A stretch of 64,000 nucleotides of DNA from Raillietiella orientalis (taxonomy: Eukaryota), in assembly GCA_036172245.1 (NCBI GenBank), contig JAYWIR010000020.1:2108001-2172000 (forward strand). Reading direction: 5' to 3'. The notes below the pieces were generated by a model. It did not search any database and had not been told where the DNA came from. It saw nothing but the letters and a program-made list of their open reading frames with translations. Every line of letters starts with the position of its first letter. Position 1 is the stretch's first letter. Made by a program: the position numbers and the translations under genes. Below are positions 1 through 12,959 of the stretch, piece after piece.

Positions 1-2890
1 AATAATATTTTCCTTCCTAAATAATTACTTAAATACTTTACATCCCAAGTGGGAAAGAAGAAGAAAAAACATTTAATTCCTATTTTTGTTAGCACTTCCC
101 ACATTACAAAAGTTTTCTTTCCACAATCAAGTGTTTTAAAGAGTCACAATATCAAACTAGAAATACAGAAATGTTTGACTCTATTTCACCTAATAAAGCC
201 AGAAGAACCTTGGTATCCCTGATTCAACTCGTGCAGATTGTGGCTGCTACAGATAGAAGTTTGATGAAATAATGGATACAATCATTACTGTTATGCACTG
301 GATTACTGACCAAGTTGCCAGTTTTTCAGGTTTCGCTTCGTATTTTTCCTTGGAATATTCAATGGCAAAGGCTTCGCTGGAAGAACAGCGCCCTCATAAT
401 TCCATAAAATATCGAACTGAACCATAAGCCATCATGCATCGAATCTGAAAGAAAAAACAAAGGAAGAAAAACGTGCAAGGAGACTGCTTGTTAGTCAGTT
501 TCCTAGTCCGACTAGGCAACTTCCCTAAGAAAAGTGCACAGTCTTCTCAACACGATAAATAAAAGAAATAACAATTCAAAACCAACAGCAGCATCAGCAA
601 CAACTACAGATGCTTGATTTTCATCTTTCTCTCTAAGGCTTGTTCTCTCGGATTGAGCACCTGAGGGCCATTCACAGGTAGGGGATACACAAGGGAATAT
701 CCAGCTCACAGAACGGATGCCAACAGAGAAGGAATGTTTCATGTGTGATAACAGAGAGATACCCGTCAGGGAGAAAATATGGATCAATTACCTTAATGAT
801 TCTGTAAAATTAAAGGGTTGTAAGTAAGGGAAGCCCACCAATTATGTCTTAAAAGCTTAACACATAAATAGCGGGTCTAAACACGAATAGGGGTAAGATA
901 AGGACAAGGTAATCGAGCGAATCAGTCGGTGGGAAAAGTCGTGCCCTAGACTTGCTTTATGACTTAGTATCCAGGAACTTTCTATCCCGGCATAGGAGCC
1001 CACAACAGATAGGATTCCCTCTCCAAGAGTTGTGACAAAATTGCGATTTAATTAACAGCAGATTTGCCGAAGATTTCTGCGGTCAAAGAATTTCAAACAC
1101 GGTTGCTCGTGGAACTGCAAATAAAGGACCAGTTTCTCAGTGCAGTCGTTTTACCGGGATGACGGCTTCTGGCGGTTGGGAATAAAGGCAAACTGTCTTC
1201 TCCGCACAGACTGAGTCCATTGTCAGCGACCAGAATGGATCTTGTTGTAGTCGTGGGGATCGTGGTGGACCCAGAGAATGGAATCCACTTAGTCACGAAA
1301 TCTTGCCTGAGATGCCTTGCGAACCAGAGTTCTCAGGTTTCGTCGCGCAGATGACGCAACACGCGGTTGCAGCGTGTGCGTTTTCCAGAAGCATCCGTGC
1401 TTTGGACTTCTTACAGTCGAATGAGATCGCGTATCACCACGGCTTTTCGATTTCTGGAAGGACTCGAGGAGGACCAGTTTCCAGTCCCGGGCACTCAACC
1501 GGGTCGTCCGGCTTCTACCAGTGCCGCATCCGAAGCCCGTGGGCCAACCGGCATCATCCTGAGGGAGGAACTCGCAACCACGGCGCACCCCCCATTTTCG
1601 GCGTTTCGATCCCGCACGTGGGGATTCGAACCAGCAATGCTTAGATACCATGCGGGGAGAGAGACTGCAGCCACACGGCCGGTCACCCAGACATTTGCCA
1701 ATTTTCTTAGGAGAGAGTTTGACTCAAAGGTCGCTGGCATTGTCATGGGCAAACTGAAAATGCTAAAAGGCAGTTCAAGAAATCGAAATTCACAATTGCA
1801 TTGCCTGACGAATGATGGAATCTGTGATCTTCGAGAGAAGAATAATCTCGTAAAGTGGCAGACTCACAGAGTAGGAAAGAGTCCTTTCTGGATTCTGCAA
1901 GGGAGGACCATCAATGTCACCTCCAGAGCTTCGGATGCTTCCGACTGAGCCATGCTAAGTTTTCGATTCCAACTCACAATAATCTGAATTTCTATCGAAG
2001 TGCATTCTCTTTGCAAGAGTTCATTCCGGGATGTTGTTTCTAGCTCACATATCATTAATTACGATGTACTATTATATGGAATATTGGACCTCGGAATCGT
2101 TGCAAATATGGTTGTAACGAAGACATGAACCGAGTCTGCTTCCATAAAACTCTTGCAGGCTCACTGTTACCAGGGAACATATGGCAACGGTTCTTGAGAA
2201 TCAGGAACTTATCAAGGAATGTAGATCGGTGGAGCACTGATCGTATATTGACACGAACGGTGGCTTCAATGCGAGGAATTCCTCCAGGGATGAGAGCTAT
2301 ACGAGCTTCGATTCAGAAGATACGGGATTGACTGCAGCGATCATCACGTTTCATTGCGTTGTACCAAGATGCCAGTGGGAAAGGATGCAGAACAGAATAG
2401 GTTCTGGTTTCATTTTTGAAAGTCATCTTCATACTTGTCCGCAGAATCCTACTTACAGGATCCTTAGTTCTTTGTGCAGGATTAATGCTTTCAAACTGCT
2501 GTGGTTCCATGTCCTTTGAGAAAATAACAATGAAAGGATTTTAGAGTGGAGTTTTTTTCACGAAAGATACACTTGAACTTACAACTACATGCAAGTAAAC
2601 TGTGATGGGGAAGAGCTCCTCACATGGAAGGCAGAGCAAAGATTCCACCAAACTACAGGCAATTGCTTTCAGTCTTTCACTCCATCAAGAAGTATTTGAA
2701 CTTTTCAGTCAAGGACTCAGCACAGCAATCAAACATAAGACAGGAAAATTACAAAAATCTTTCCGGAACAGCATCAAAAGCAAACTTGATCCCAGGATCA
2801 GAGTTGCTATAGAACAGCAATTCACTGGCATAAGCCATGGGTGAATAGACGAAGCACTGGTTTGTGATTGGTTCACTTTGCTTGGCATCC
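1..2890 (-). pseudogene. BUB1: Continuation of the BUB1/BubR1 pseudogene (GLEBS-like motif and kinase N-lobe remnants), interrupted by a SINE
   Basis: Same strand and AT-rich composition as the TPR segment. RCSQSRIF..SSLEEFLALK (about 2265-2345) resembles the GLEBS motif. MAYGSVRY..KYEAKPEKLATW..FYL..GFIR*NRVKHFCISSLIL*LFKTLD (about 450-100) resembles the Bub1 kinase N-lobe. Many stops and frameshifts. Confidence 0.5.
1400..1695 (-). mobile_element. tRNA-derived SINE family, copy A
   Basis: Minus-strand B box GGTTCGAATCC (1632-1622) followed by ATCGAAACGCCGAAAATGGGGG..TGCG..GGATGATGCC, shared with copies at 14.4, 16.8, 32.0, 53.2 and 61.6 kb. Confidence 0.65.
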
Positions 2891-2891
2891 T

Positions 2892-4764
2892 CTAGACAAA
2901 TAAGTCAAGTGCTAAGAGCATACAGGGAGACTCTGGCAACCCGGTCGAGCTCATGTCCTGGCACGCCTGCCGTGTCGGCCTACGCAGACGACCTTCTGCT
3001 CCTGCTCCCCGGGTCCACTCCGACTTCTGCTCTAGAGGAGTTCGAGTTGCTACGCCTCGGGACGGGCCTGGAGGTGAACAGGACGAAGTCGTCGATCGTT
3101 CAAATCGGCTCGGCGTGGGCGGGACGGCCGGACTTGATCCGCTTGGGGATCCCCACGGGCGGGTACTTGAAGTACCTTGGCGTTCCGTTTGGGGACTTCT
3201 GCGCCGCAGAAGCCTGTTCCGACCGTCTCCAAAAGGTGGAGTTGGCGATTGGCCCGTTCCGTAACGGCAAGTTTTACTTGCAGGAACGGGCCGCAATGTG
3301 GAACGCTTTTGTGACCTCCCTCCTTCGCCCCTTACTTTTTGTTTGCCCCACCCCACCACAGATCAAGACAAGGACGCGGGGCCTCCTAAGAAAAACCCTG
3401 TGCACCCCACGCAGGGACAGTGGACTCGTTCTCCTGACGATGGTGCGCATGGAGCGCCAGCTCCAAATACGCAAAATCGCCCTTCTGACGCGATACTGGA
3501 CTGCGCCATGGTGCATCCCGACACGTCTCCGCGCCAACAGGGCAACCAACTGCAACGCACTGACCTCATTCCTTGTCGCTAACGAACGCAGCCTAAACCA
3601 GTGTGGTTTTCAACTGCACGACGTGGTTGCCCTGGTGAGGGATAATACCTGGATCTCCCGCGAACTGTACTACCTGGTTTCAGGAGTCAGTTTCCGCGCG
3701 GGCTAAGATCAACGGATCCAGCGATGTGGACTTCTCTTGCCTTCGTAGAGGCAGATACGCTGGCCTACTACTGCAGGAGATCGTTGCCAACCTGCAGAAA
3801 CTTCTGTGGGCTTCCTCAATCCCCCTTGCCCCCTTGCTGCCCTTCCTAATGAACTCTAGGAACAGCCAACAGGAGGCATCATTGGAAGTGTCCTGCCTCA
3901 TCAGAGGCAGAAGAAAACTCTTCAAGGCGTGGACATGTGGGGAATTAGCGGACGCTGCAACCCCGAGTGTCCCGCCGAATGGACTTGTGCGCTGGGGCGA
4001 GCTGCTCGATATACCTCCGGAGGAAGTGAAGTGGCCCCCGGCGTCTTGGGACAACGGCACCCTCCCTTTGGATTAGCAGGAGACGGCGCTGCTTGTGCTC
4101 CATTGGAGACTTTTAAGCAGAGCACGTCTGTCTCACTGGACATCAGGGAGTGTGGATGCCCATTGTGCAGGGTGCGGGGAAAGGGAAACCTTCCCCCACC
4201 TACTTATCGAGTGTATCGCCCTCTGTCCCATGTGAGATCGACTCTCGTCAATTGTGAACATTCCAGTGGGCGACACAAAAGACATTTTCCGTCGCTTCCT
4301 GATGAGGAACGCTCTGCCAGCAGCCGCATGTGTTGCAGTTCTCTGCTGCATAAGCGGAATACTGGAAAAGTGGAAGGCATCGAGGAGAGGACACAGAAGC
4401 CGGAACGCCAACCTCTCCATGGAGAAGGCATGCCGATGGCGCCGGTTAGGGGCAATTCAACCGGCACTTGCCTGCATCCGAAACCGGATGCAGAGGACTC
4501 CTCTCGGCAAACAGTGATCCCATCCCATTCCTACCCACTCCATAAAACTTTTTCCCCTGGCGTTTTTGATTTTTTTTTCTTTTGGTTTTTCCGTCCCTTT
4601 CGCCAGTGGAGAGTACCACACCGTCCAGGAGGTTGGTAAGGACAAGTGAAAAAACACTGCCAGAACCATGTGTTCTGCAAGAAGCAATGCCCAGAAGACT
4701 AAATTTAAATAACATATAATGTAGAATTTTGAAAATAAAAGCCCCGGCTTATCCGGGTGAAAAA
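2892..4764 (+). mobile_element. Tx1/L1-clade non-LTR retrotransposon, 5'-truncated (RT C-half, zinc finger, 3' UTR)
   Basis: VSAYADD (YADD 2981-2992), GLEVNRTKS and KYLGVPF RT motifs; C-terminal CPLC..ETFPHLLIEC zinc finger (about 4155-4215); T-rich 3' UTR; AATAAA-hairpin-TG-A5 end at 4734-4764. Frameshifted. Confidence 0.9.
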
Positions 4765-4765
4765 C

Positions 4766-5304
4766 CCGAATCAAGAACCCGTTCTGTGCCTTCCCCACAC
4801 TATCCTCATCCTCAAGCTGGTGCTTTTTGGAAACATCTGGGACAACAGAACCTTGACTCCAAGCGATGTGTAAATCAGCAATATTCCAAATATATGTGTA
4901 TATATCTACGATTGAAAAATAAAGCATGCAGTTCTTCTGGAAAAGAATGCTAAAATTCCTTAACAAAGAGTCCACAAGCGTACATCATTTTTATACGCAT
5001 CCAGCATCTCGAGTTTCTTCGCACATTTCTTCAATACATGTGCCAGACCACTCTCTCTGCCTCCGTCAGGATATGATTGCTTAATCCGTAAAATATAATT
5101 ATACCAGGGTAATAGTAGGCCAGATCCAGCATAGGATTTCGTCCTTTCCTCGTGATATTGTTTCTGTTGCCTGAAAGAACAGTTTTCGTGCTGAATCTCC
5201 AGAAGACTTAGAATAAACACATCACGGCCACTGGATATTTCCTGGATAAAGGCTGGATATTTCTCTTACTTGATTCCCATGATGAATTAGTCGTGGGCGC
5301 CGAT
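4766..5304 (-). pseudogene. BUB1: BUB1/BubR1 (Mad3) pseudogene, N-terminal KEN-box + TPR (Mad3_BUB1_I) segment
   Basis: WESSKRNIQPL(S)SGRDV resembles the BubR1/Mad3 KEN1 motif WELSKENIQPL..GR. It is followed by QQKQYHEERTKSYAG..LLPWYNYILRIKQSYPDGGRESGLAHVLKKCAKKLEMLDAYKNDVRL and IADLHIAW, matching the Mad3/Bub1 TPR consensus. Disrupted by an 11-bp duplication (5231-5241 = 5253-5263), further frameshifts and stops. No introns in this segment. Confidence 0.85.
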
Positions 5305-7519
5305 CAAATTCGTTCTTCAACACGGGATTTGTGCGCTCCAACACAAATGCAGCACAATCCATTACTTGTCGTTACTTACGCGCTAAAGTGGAAAAGAATG
5401 GCTACTGAGGCTGCTGGATGTGTAAGAATTCAGAATGGCGTCGTGGAAAGCAACAAGATCTTTACTCTTCAAGAAGTGACACAGAGAAGGAAGGAAGAAA
5501 CTCATCCTGAGATGATAGGAAGATCGAGAAAACAGTCGTTCCTGGTGGACAGGCAACGACGCATTGGACTGGAACTCCGGTCGCTTTCATGAAATTGAAG
5601 ATGAGCGTTGGAATTTGTAGGTGGGAACTTTCAATAGGTGGTTCAGCAACTCTTTACTCATCCCTACTTCCACACGAGCTTGCACAATGACTGCAATATC
5701 TGAGGTTTCAACCTCGAGGCCTTCAGTTCGAAGGAGCTACCATCCTCCACTCGTCAGCGTGCAGATATAGGTTGGCGAGTTCCGGTATGAAAATACTTAC
5801 CAATTTAGGGAGAAAGAGAGAGCTTAGAAGGTTCGGCACTGCATTAAGGTGATCATCAATCAATCGAATCGACGACTACACCACGTAAATGCAAACTGTG
5901 TCGTAATACGGTCATCATTCGAAGCAGAGTTGCCATTTATTTCAATCAGCAACTCTTTCGTCCCCGACGATACATACGGCCAACGATACTTGGAACGACC
6001 CCAAAGCTACTAACTTCATTCATTCCCTCACTGGTCTTCATGAAAATGCCCTAGAGCGAGTGCACTCGACACCTCTTTTCTGCGAGATGTTACGAAGTTC
6101 CACCGTTCCAGTGCTTATCTGAAGCTCCCACCAGTGTTTCCAGAGAAGGTCCTACAGTTGAAAAAGTTGTGGATGAGCATTCTGGCAACCTCCTCTTAAA
6201 GGAGTAACCATGATGTTTCACGCTTGACAGGAACCTATTCCGGAGTTGCGGGTCTTTCTGCAGATCTGGTAAGGCCATTGTGAAAGCACGACATAGAACT
6301 CCATACATTCCTGGTTGCTCCAAGAAGATGGACGCTTCATCCGACGGCGAACCTTTTCTCACCATAAAACATTCGATGGTACTCAGACGCTTCATCAAAT
6401 TTCCAAGGACGAATGGATCTTTTTTTGCAGCTGCATTCTTGTGGAATGTAAAATGCTAATTTTTTTCTTGTTTTGCCTTTTTCCTGGGGAAGCAAATCGA
6501 TCTTTCTCGAAGATCGGCGCGATACCACTTCAGGTCGATTTGTCACGTGTGCCCAGTGGAACAACCCTTGCATAGTTTACCAGCATCTTAAATCGGCCGT
6601 CTCATTGCCGTTCATTTCTCGCAGACATCGTTCTTCTCAGCTTCGGCGATCAGAGGCTATCCTTGAGGGGCTGTTTCATAGCCGACCATTCTCCGCTTAA
6701 GCGTTTTTGACCGTGTTTTTTTTTTTTTTTTTTGTACCAACTCGTAGATCGAGTTTTTGTCGGCAGCAGTGTTTCCTAAATGCCCAGCTTGAACGCTTTG
6801 CCCTTCATCCAGATGAGAATAGACGAGTCAGAAAGTGACTGCGTTTAAGCGTGTCATCGGCAAGGGCAAACCGCCTTGGGTTCGGACGAATGCCCATACG
6901 TTTTCAGCTCCAACCAAAGTGACCTCCGAAGATCTGGCGGACTCCCAATGCATGTGCTAGAACATTCCTGGCGGACGGAAAAAACCGGAACATTGCATTT
7001 GGCGAGATCGGTTTGGCAACAAACTTACTACCGGATGCAAGAAGATGGCGGTTGTTTGATGATATCCCCTTCCTTAATACCGAAGAAGACACCGATTCGA
7101 GAATCACGGATTCACTAACGAGTAAATCTCCTGCGCCTCCAGCATCGTTCACCCAGGGGGTACACTGATCCGTTGTGGAACAAGTGAAAAGTGTGCAGGA
7201 AGATTCTCTAGACTGCACCATCATTGCATGCGTCACGATCACGGAAATGCAAAGCGAACTGGCAGCAGTTGACGGCTTCCCATCAGTCCATTCCGGGTAT
7301 GGTTGGGAAGCAGAAACCGGGTCTGGTGTTCTCAAGAGAGGGGAACTTGAGTGTCACATAACGGCATCGGCATCGAAAGAGATGCTTCTAAAAGGAATAA
7401 AGGCTAACGGAGATCTGGAGCACCAACTGGAGCGAACCGGTAGGCCAACCGGTTGGATGAGCTGCCGGATTCAAGGGGCTCCCGTTGCACGGTGCCGCCT
7501 CAACGTGTCCGGGTCCCAT

Positions 7520-8621
7520 CGAGGGCTTCAACTGCAGTGACTAGCTGCACACTAAACCAGAGAGAACATCTGGATCTCCTGCCGCCCCACAAATGGTGGT
7601 GCCTGGCTGCAGGAAGCCGCTAGCACGTGGGCGAAGATCATCGAGCCGAGCCCGGAGTTACGGCAGCGAATGCTGCACTCCTTCAACAAGTGCTCGCTCC
7701 GGGAGATCATTGAACATTCCGCGAAGAGTGCATGGGTAGGAAGAACCTCCTTTGCCGCAGTGGTGCCTCCCTTGAGGGTATCTCGGAAGCAGCAGCTTAC
7801 CGGCCAAATGGGAAGTCTCCTGCGGAATTTCCTCCAGGACGCTCGCTGGCTGGACCCCGGGCCAGCTGACTGATACCGCCACCCCAAGTCTTCAGCCAAA
7901 AAGACTTGTGCATTGGAGTGAGCTGCCGAGCGTTCCCCGTGAGGATCTCGAGTGGCCCCCACCGCTGCTGAAGAACCGCGCCCTCCCTCCCAAGTGGTGG
8001 GAATCGGTGTTGTTGCTCTGAACCTTCCGTCGAATGCCCGCTAGTATCACTGGACCCAAATCGCAGCAGGTGCAGGGGGCACGTGAAACCCTCCCGCACC
8101 TGCTCCTGGACTGCGGTGCCCCGCGACCGTTGTGGCTACGCTATGCAGCGACGACCCTTCGGACTTCAAGTGGCAACCCTGTTGACGCACTCGGACCCCT
8201 CTTCGTGAGTGACGCATTGCCGCCAGCCGCATCCCGGCCAGCGCTCTGCTGCCCACGTGGGACTGTGGAAGTCTGGAGCGAAGCCAGTTGAGGAGGAGGC
8301 GGCAGGGACGCCCTACGTTCTTTGCGGACGGCAACGGGATATCCACACTTGGAGAAAACCGGTGAGGATCCTGCCAGCATGCTGGAGGGAATGCAGAAGA
8401 TGGCCTCCAGCAGGCTGTGATCCCTTCCCGGATCCCTCAGAGTTATAAACATTCATTTACTTATTTTCCCATCCCCTCTGCTGTCAAGGCCATCCTCCCC
8501 AGTCTGCACACCGGACACTCGGCAAGCTGTGTCCACACCAGGACCCGATAGGGACAATGGCCATATCATATTGTAATGTCTATTAGTTTTTTATAAACGC
8601 CCCGGCAATCTCGGGTGAAAA
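7520..8621 (+). mobile_element. Tx1/L1-clade LINE 3' fragment (copy 2)
   Basis: Similar to 3600-4764; ETLPHLLLDC zinc finger at about 8085-8115; ends in TATAAACGC-CCCGG-caatc-TCGGG-TG-AAAA. Confidence 0.8.
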
Positions 8622-8829
8622 TCGAAAAGGGGGAAGTCCAGAGGATCAGCTCCTGGCTTCGCTTCCAAAGGATCCCCGAGATCTGGCAGGCGACGAGGCT
8701 CTGAGGGAATCGAAGGTTTCCGGGAAACATGCAGAACACAACACTCTTCCGACGATGACTTGGCCGGAAAACGTAGGCAGGGTCACCGCTCATGGTGGAA
8801 GAAGTTCCGAGAAACAGCCTCGGTCGTGG

Positions 8830-9950
8830 GAGACAGGATGAAGAGAACAGGAGGAGAAGCCCGTTCTCTTTCGAGTGCTATCCTGCAGAAACTGCTCATT
8901 GCGAGGTGAATCATCCTTCAGTAACCTTTGACCACTTCCTCCTCCTTCAAGCCCACGCTCCCTAGTTCCACATGTTGAGCACCTTCAGCTCCATCTTCGC
9001 TAGTTTTTTATGGGGTGCGACCTGGTGCCGAAGAGCTTTTGCAAGGTCGTTCGCGCATAGCCCTCTCCGTGACCTCCACTTGGATTTCCGAACGGGGGTC
9101 GCTACGAAATTCCCAAAGAAAGACGGCGTGTTGGACACGTGGCGCGACGTCCGGCTCTGGCGGTTGTTCCCCCATTTGGCAGGTATAGGCCGATCGAGGA
9201 AAGTAGAGCAGTCCTTGAAGAACAGAACATCCCTCCAGGTCCTGGAAAGCTGGCACTCTTGTAGTAAAAGAATGCCAGCTGGCGGGTGAGTTCTTCTGAG
9301 CTAACTGACCCCCTTCTGCAGGCAGGTTGAGGTCGGCTTCAAGCGATAGCACCCCGAATGGGAACTGTCCTCGAAAATTGGGGGTTTCTTCCGAATGCGA
9401 ATTCTTCCCGGAAATGCACACAGGAAGATGCTGGTGAACAAAGCAAGAGTTCTCGGCCGTTCGGGGAGGATTTCAAGGTCGGGCAGGTCGTCCACTGGAA
9501 GACATGTCAACGTACGAGATAACGGCAAAGACGTGTCTAGGCAACCTCCTTTCGGCGGTAAAAGCGATGCACTTCGATCTGGTTTAGTTATCATCTATCT
9601 GAGCCGTGCACACCTGCTGGAGGGCGCTCATCCGGGCGCTCCTCAGCTTAGAGGGCATCCCGTACCAGAATGATCTTTTTGATGCAGAACTTCAACTTGG
9701 AGGCAGTCTGTACCATCACAGGCATGGTCAAGTGGTCAGATGTCCCAGTCCAATGGATGTTCCGGCTGCATTTGGTGAACTAAGCGGCCATCTGTGCTTC
9801 GTCTTCTTCTCATACAGCCGTGGAACTCTTAGCCTCTTCTATCCTCCGTCATTTTTCTCATCCCATGTTCCTAACGGGTCAGCAAAGCACGAACGCTGGT
9901 ACGCGTGCCCTTTCGCGGGAGGTGACTCAGTGTCTTGGTGTCTTGCATCC
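8830..9950 (-). mobile_element. Decayed Ty3/Gypsy pol relic (PR/RT/integrase remnants)
   Basis: Frameshifted remnants in Gypsy order: VRALL (protease-like); LKFCI..DAL and IAFTA (RT-like); GGQLAQK..FFYY..WRDVLFFKDC (integrase zinc-binding-like); EFRSDP and TGFS (integrase core-like). Confidence 0.45.
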
Positions 9951-10379
9951 GTGCTCTACTCTCAGGGTGCTTTTTTTGTTTTTCTCTGGAAAGGTCCCTG
10001 GAGAGGAAGCAAGCAGCAGCGCCGCGAGATGCTCGGTTCTGGATCAAGGAAGCAGGTATAACCCTACCCTGAACGGAGACGGAGACGTGCTTGTCCTGGT
10101 CGCCGAAGAAAAACCCGGATATCCGAAAGTGCTTGCTGCTCCGGAACGTTTCTTGAGCAACCCTTCCTCGAGCTTGCACGTCTCTGGAAGCAGAGCGCTC
10201 TCATGCCAGGAGCGTGGTGAAGAGGGCAGCTGCTCTTTGCAGGAGACTCCGGCCGAAAATTTTGCATCGGTGGCAGAGAGAGGAGCGTCCGTTTCGCCTC
10301 GAGGTGTGACCACCTAGCGCAAAGCCCCGAGGTGTGCTTGGCACGGAAACATCTGGACGACGAGGTGTTCGGGCGTTGC

Positions 10380-12115
10380 CACCCGGATACGCCGGGACGT
10401 TTATTCAAAGTCATTACAAATTCATTACAAAACGCAGTACAAGGCTCCACTAACAGACAACACGACGCCGCCCCTGCCGGGACGCCGCGACGCAGCCCGG
10501 AGTGACTCTCCCCGGCAGTGAAAGGGGATGGGGAAAAAACAAAAAGAAAAATAAAACAATAAGAAAAAAAATAGAATTTGGAGGGTCGGGAAGGGATCAC
10601 TGTCCACTGGGAGGAGGGTCCATTCTTTGCAGGATGCCCTCGAGGTTCCTCTGCATGTGTCCCAGTTAAGGCCATCCAGTTGCTCTCACCAGGAAGCGAA
10701 CAGCATACGGAATGACGTCCCTCTCGTTTTGGTCTTCATCGTCGGCTTCACTCCAAGCCGCCACAATTCCACGGATGCAGCAAAGTGCTGCCAGGGCTGC
10801 GGCTGGCTGCAGGGCGTCCCTCACAAAGAGAATTTGGAAAACGTCTCTGGGGGTGCTGCCCACAGGGATCCCCAGGGAAGTTCCAAGACGTTCCCAGAGG
10901 GGCCGAAGGGCAGGACAGTCAACTATCAGGTGAGCGGGGAATTCCCGCTCCCCACACCTGGAACACTCAGGAGTCACACTTCTCCTCGTCCACAAAGTTC
11001 GCAATCGTGATCGGACGCCAGTTGCTTAACTTCCTGAGGTCTCCTCCCTTAGGAAGGAGTCTCACCCAGGCTGACCGAAACGAGGCAAGAACATCGCCTT
11101 CGTCTCGGATCAGCCTTGTCAACTCGAGCACCAGAGGGGTCAGCTCTGCCGCGAAGCATTGAAAAAACTCCTCTGGCAGGCCGTCCTCCCCTGGAGCCTT
11201 ACGCTTCTTGAGGCTTTTAATCCCGGCGAGAATTTTGCTGGTCGTAAAAGGCTTGTCGAGGCTTTCCTTCTCCTCCTCCCCTATGGCCGTGCTCCGTCTG
11301 GTAGCAGGAGCCGCGGTGCGTCCCGTTCCGGGGATGCCCTGGCATAAAGGGAGGAATAAAAACTCCGAACGAGGTGCCTTATCGCGGTCGGGGCCAAGAG
11401 TTCCCGGATCAGGTCGTCCAGCAAGCTGGGCGACCCGGATTGCCAGGCTTGGCGCTCGGCCTCGGCTCATCACTCAGCCAGGCGACAAACATTGGGGGTC
11501 CTCTCGTAACGACGAGGGTGTAAATACGCGGTTTCGTTACGAGCCCCTAGCCAAATCCGGGAGGCAGGCGGTGCATGGGGCACTCCTCTCAGAACTCGCA
11601 GACCGAGTCCTTAAAACGGTCCCAATCATCGAGATTCCGGAGGGTGACGCCTCTCAGGAATTGGCAGAGGTGTTCCGTCGCACTGAGAGTCTCGTTCAGT
11701 CTCCCGGAAGACGCCACGCCCTGGATGGCGGCCCCTTGTCGCGAGGACATACCTCGAAAATTAACCGGGAATGGTCCTACAGCGTCGACCGCAATTTCCC
11801 TTGTTTGCCGATCCGTGGGCACAGGTCGCCGTCGAGGAAAACGTGGTCGATGCTGCGGCTCATTCCTTCTACTTCCTGCAACAAGTTGAGCGCTCGCACG
11901 AAGGCGCACAACTCGTTCATCGCGTTCCCCTGTGCTCCGGGTTGACCTGAGAGCAGGATGAGATTGAAATCCTCTGCTATCAGGTGAGCCTTTCGCACGT
12001 TAGTTTCCACTAGCCAATCGTGCTTCAAGGTTTTCAGGAAAGCATTCGGATCCTGGTATCCCTGCTTGCAGCTGGGAGCGTACACGTTTGTGATGATGAG
12101 GTCGATCGAGTCGGA
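10380..12115 (-). mobile_element. Tx1/L1-clade LINE (copy 3): APE endonuclease, linker, RT start, then jump to zinc finger and 3' end
   Basis: NVYAP, LIAEDFN and SIDHVF (endonuclease); WDRFK and RSFYSSLY (linker); KAPGEDGLPEEFF and LLPKGGDLRKLSNWRPITIAN (RT N-terminus); CSRCGEREFPAHLIVDC; AATAAA-hairpin end at 10405-10380. Confidence 0.9.
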
Positions 12116-12129
12116 ACACCTAGAATCAG

Positions 12130-12907
12130 CTGACCGACTCGACCATCGTCATCAAAGCGCGCACCCTTTACTGCGGCGTCAATGGCTGGCTATACGAGAA
12201 ATGCGACCCCACAGATGTTGCGGTCGCCGCATTGCCAATACAGACGACCTCGTTCCTTCTAAACTGACACAGGACGTCATCATGCTGATGCATTGGGGTT
12301 TTCACTCCAACCGGCGGACGAACCTTGTTTCCGGGGGAGTTGCCTCCCCGAACTGTAAACGGTGCGGGGAAGGGGAAACGCTCCCCCATCTGCTCTTGGA
12401 CTGCGATGTCCTCGAAGGACAGTGGCGGAGGCTGGCCTCAGCTCTCCTGCACCAGGGGGACACCGCAAGAGACTTGATGCGCCGCTTCTTCACGTTAGGC
12501 GACCTGTCCTTAGGTGCTGTCATCGCAACGGTCTGTTGCACCCGCGCCATCGACAAGGCCCACCGAGAGCTGGAGAAGCAGGCGATTCGATGACAGGCCA
12601 CCGGAATAGCCGGCGTGAACATGACGTCGGCTGCCGAGTGGGCCCATCTTCCAGAGGGTGTTAGGAGCGAGATCACCGGCATCCATAGCCGGTTCTGATG
12701 GAAAGGAACGGACGAAACCAAAGACCCCTGTCCCCTACCCTCCCGTATCTTTATTTTTATTTTTGTATAAGTGTATTTGTGGTCCCCCCCCTCCCGTTCC
12801 GGACTTTCGGTATACCGACCTGCGTGTCGGGGATCCCCCCTTCGTTTCTTCTGTGTCCTTTGTCCGGGAACTCTGTTCCTGGATAGTTTAGCAATAAACG
12901 CCCCGGC
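12130..12907 (+). mobile_element. Tx1/L1-clade LINE 3' fragment (copy 4)
   Basis: HWGFHSNRR..CKRCGEGETLPHLLLDC zinc finger; T-rich UTR; AATAAACGCCCCGGC at 12893-12907, with the terminal hairpin truncated. Confidence 0.85.
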
Positions 12908-12959
12908 GACGAAACAGATGACCCTGCTTCCCGTGGCTTCGGGAAAGACGTGGCCAACA

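Noticed and set aside
1622..1695. tRNA genes at GGTTCGAATCC sites (also 14437, 44164, 61588)
   Set aside because: No complete cloverleaf could be folded by eye, and most sites are followed by the shared SINE body.
440..2520. Spliced minus-strand gene built from apparent splice sites (about 448, 792-801, 2455-2511)
   Set aside because: No coherent spliced ORF results, and the region is better explained as the decayed BUB1-like copy.
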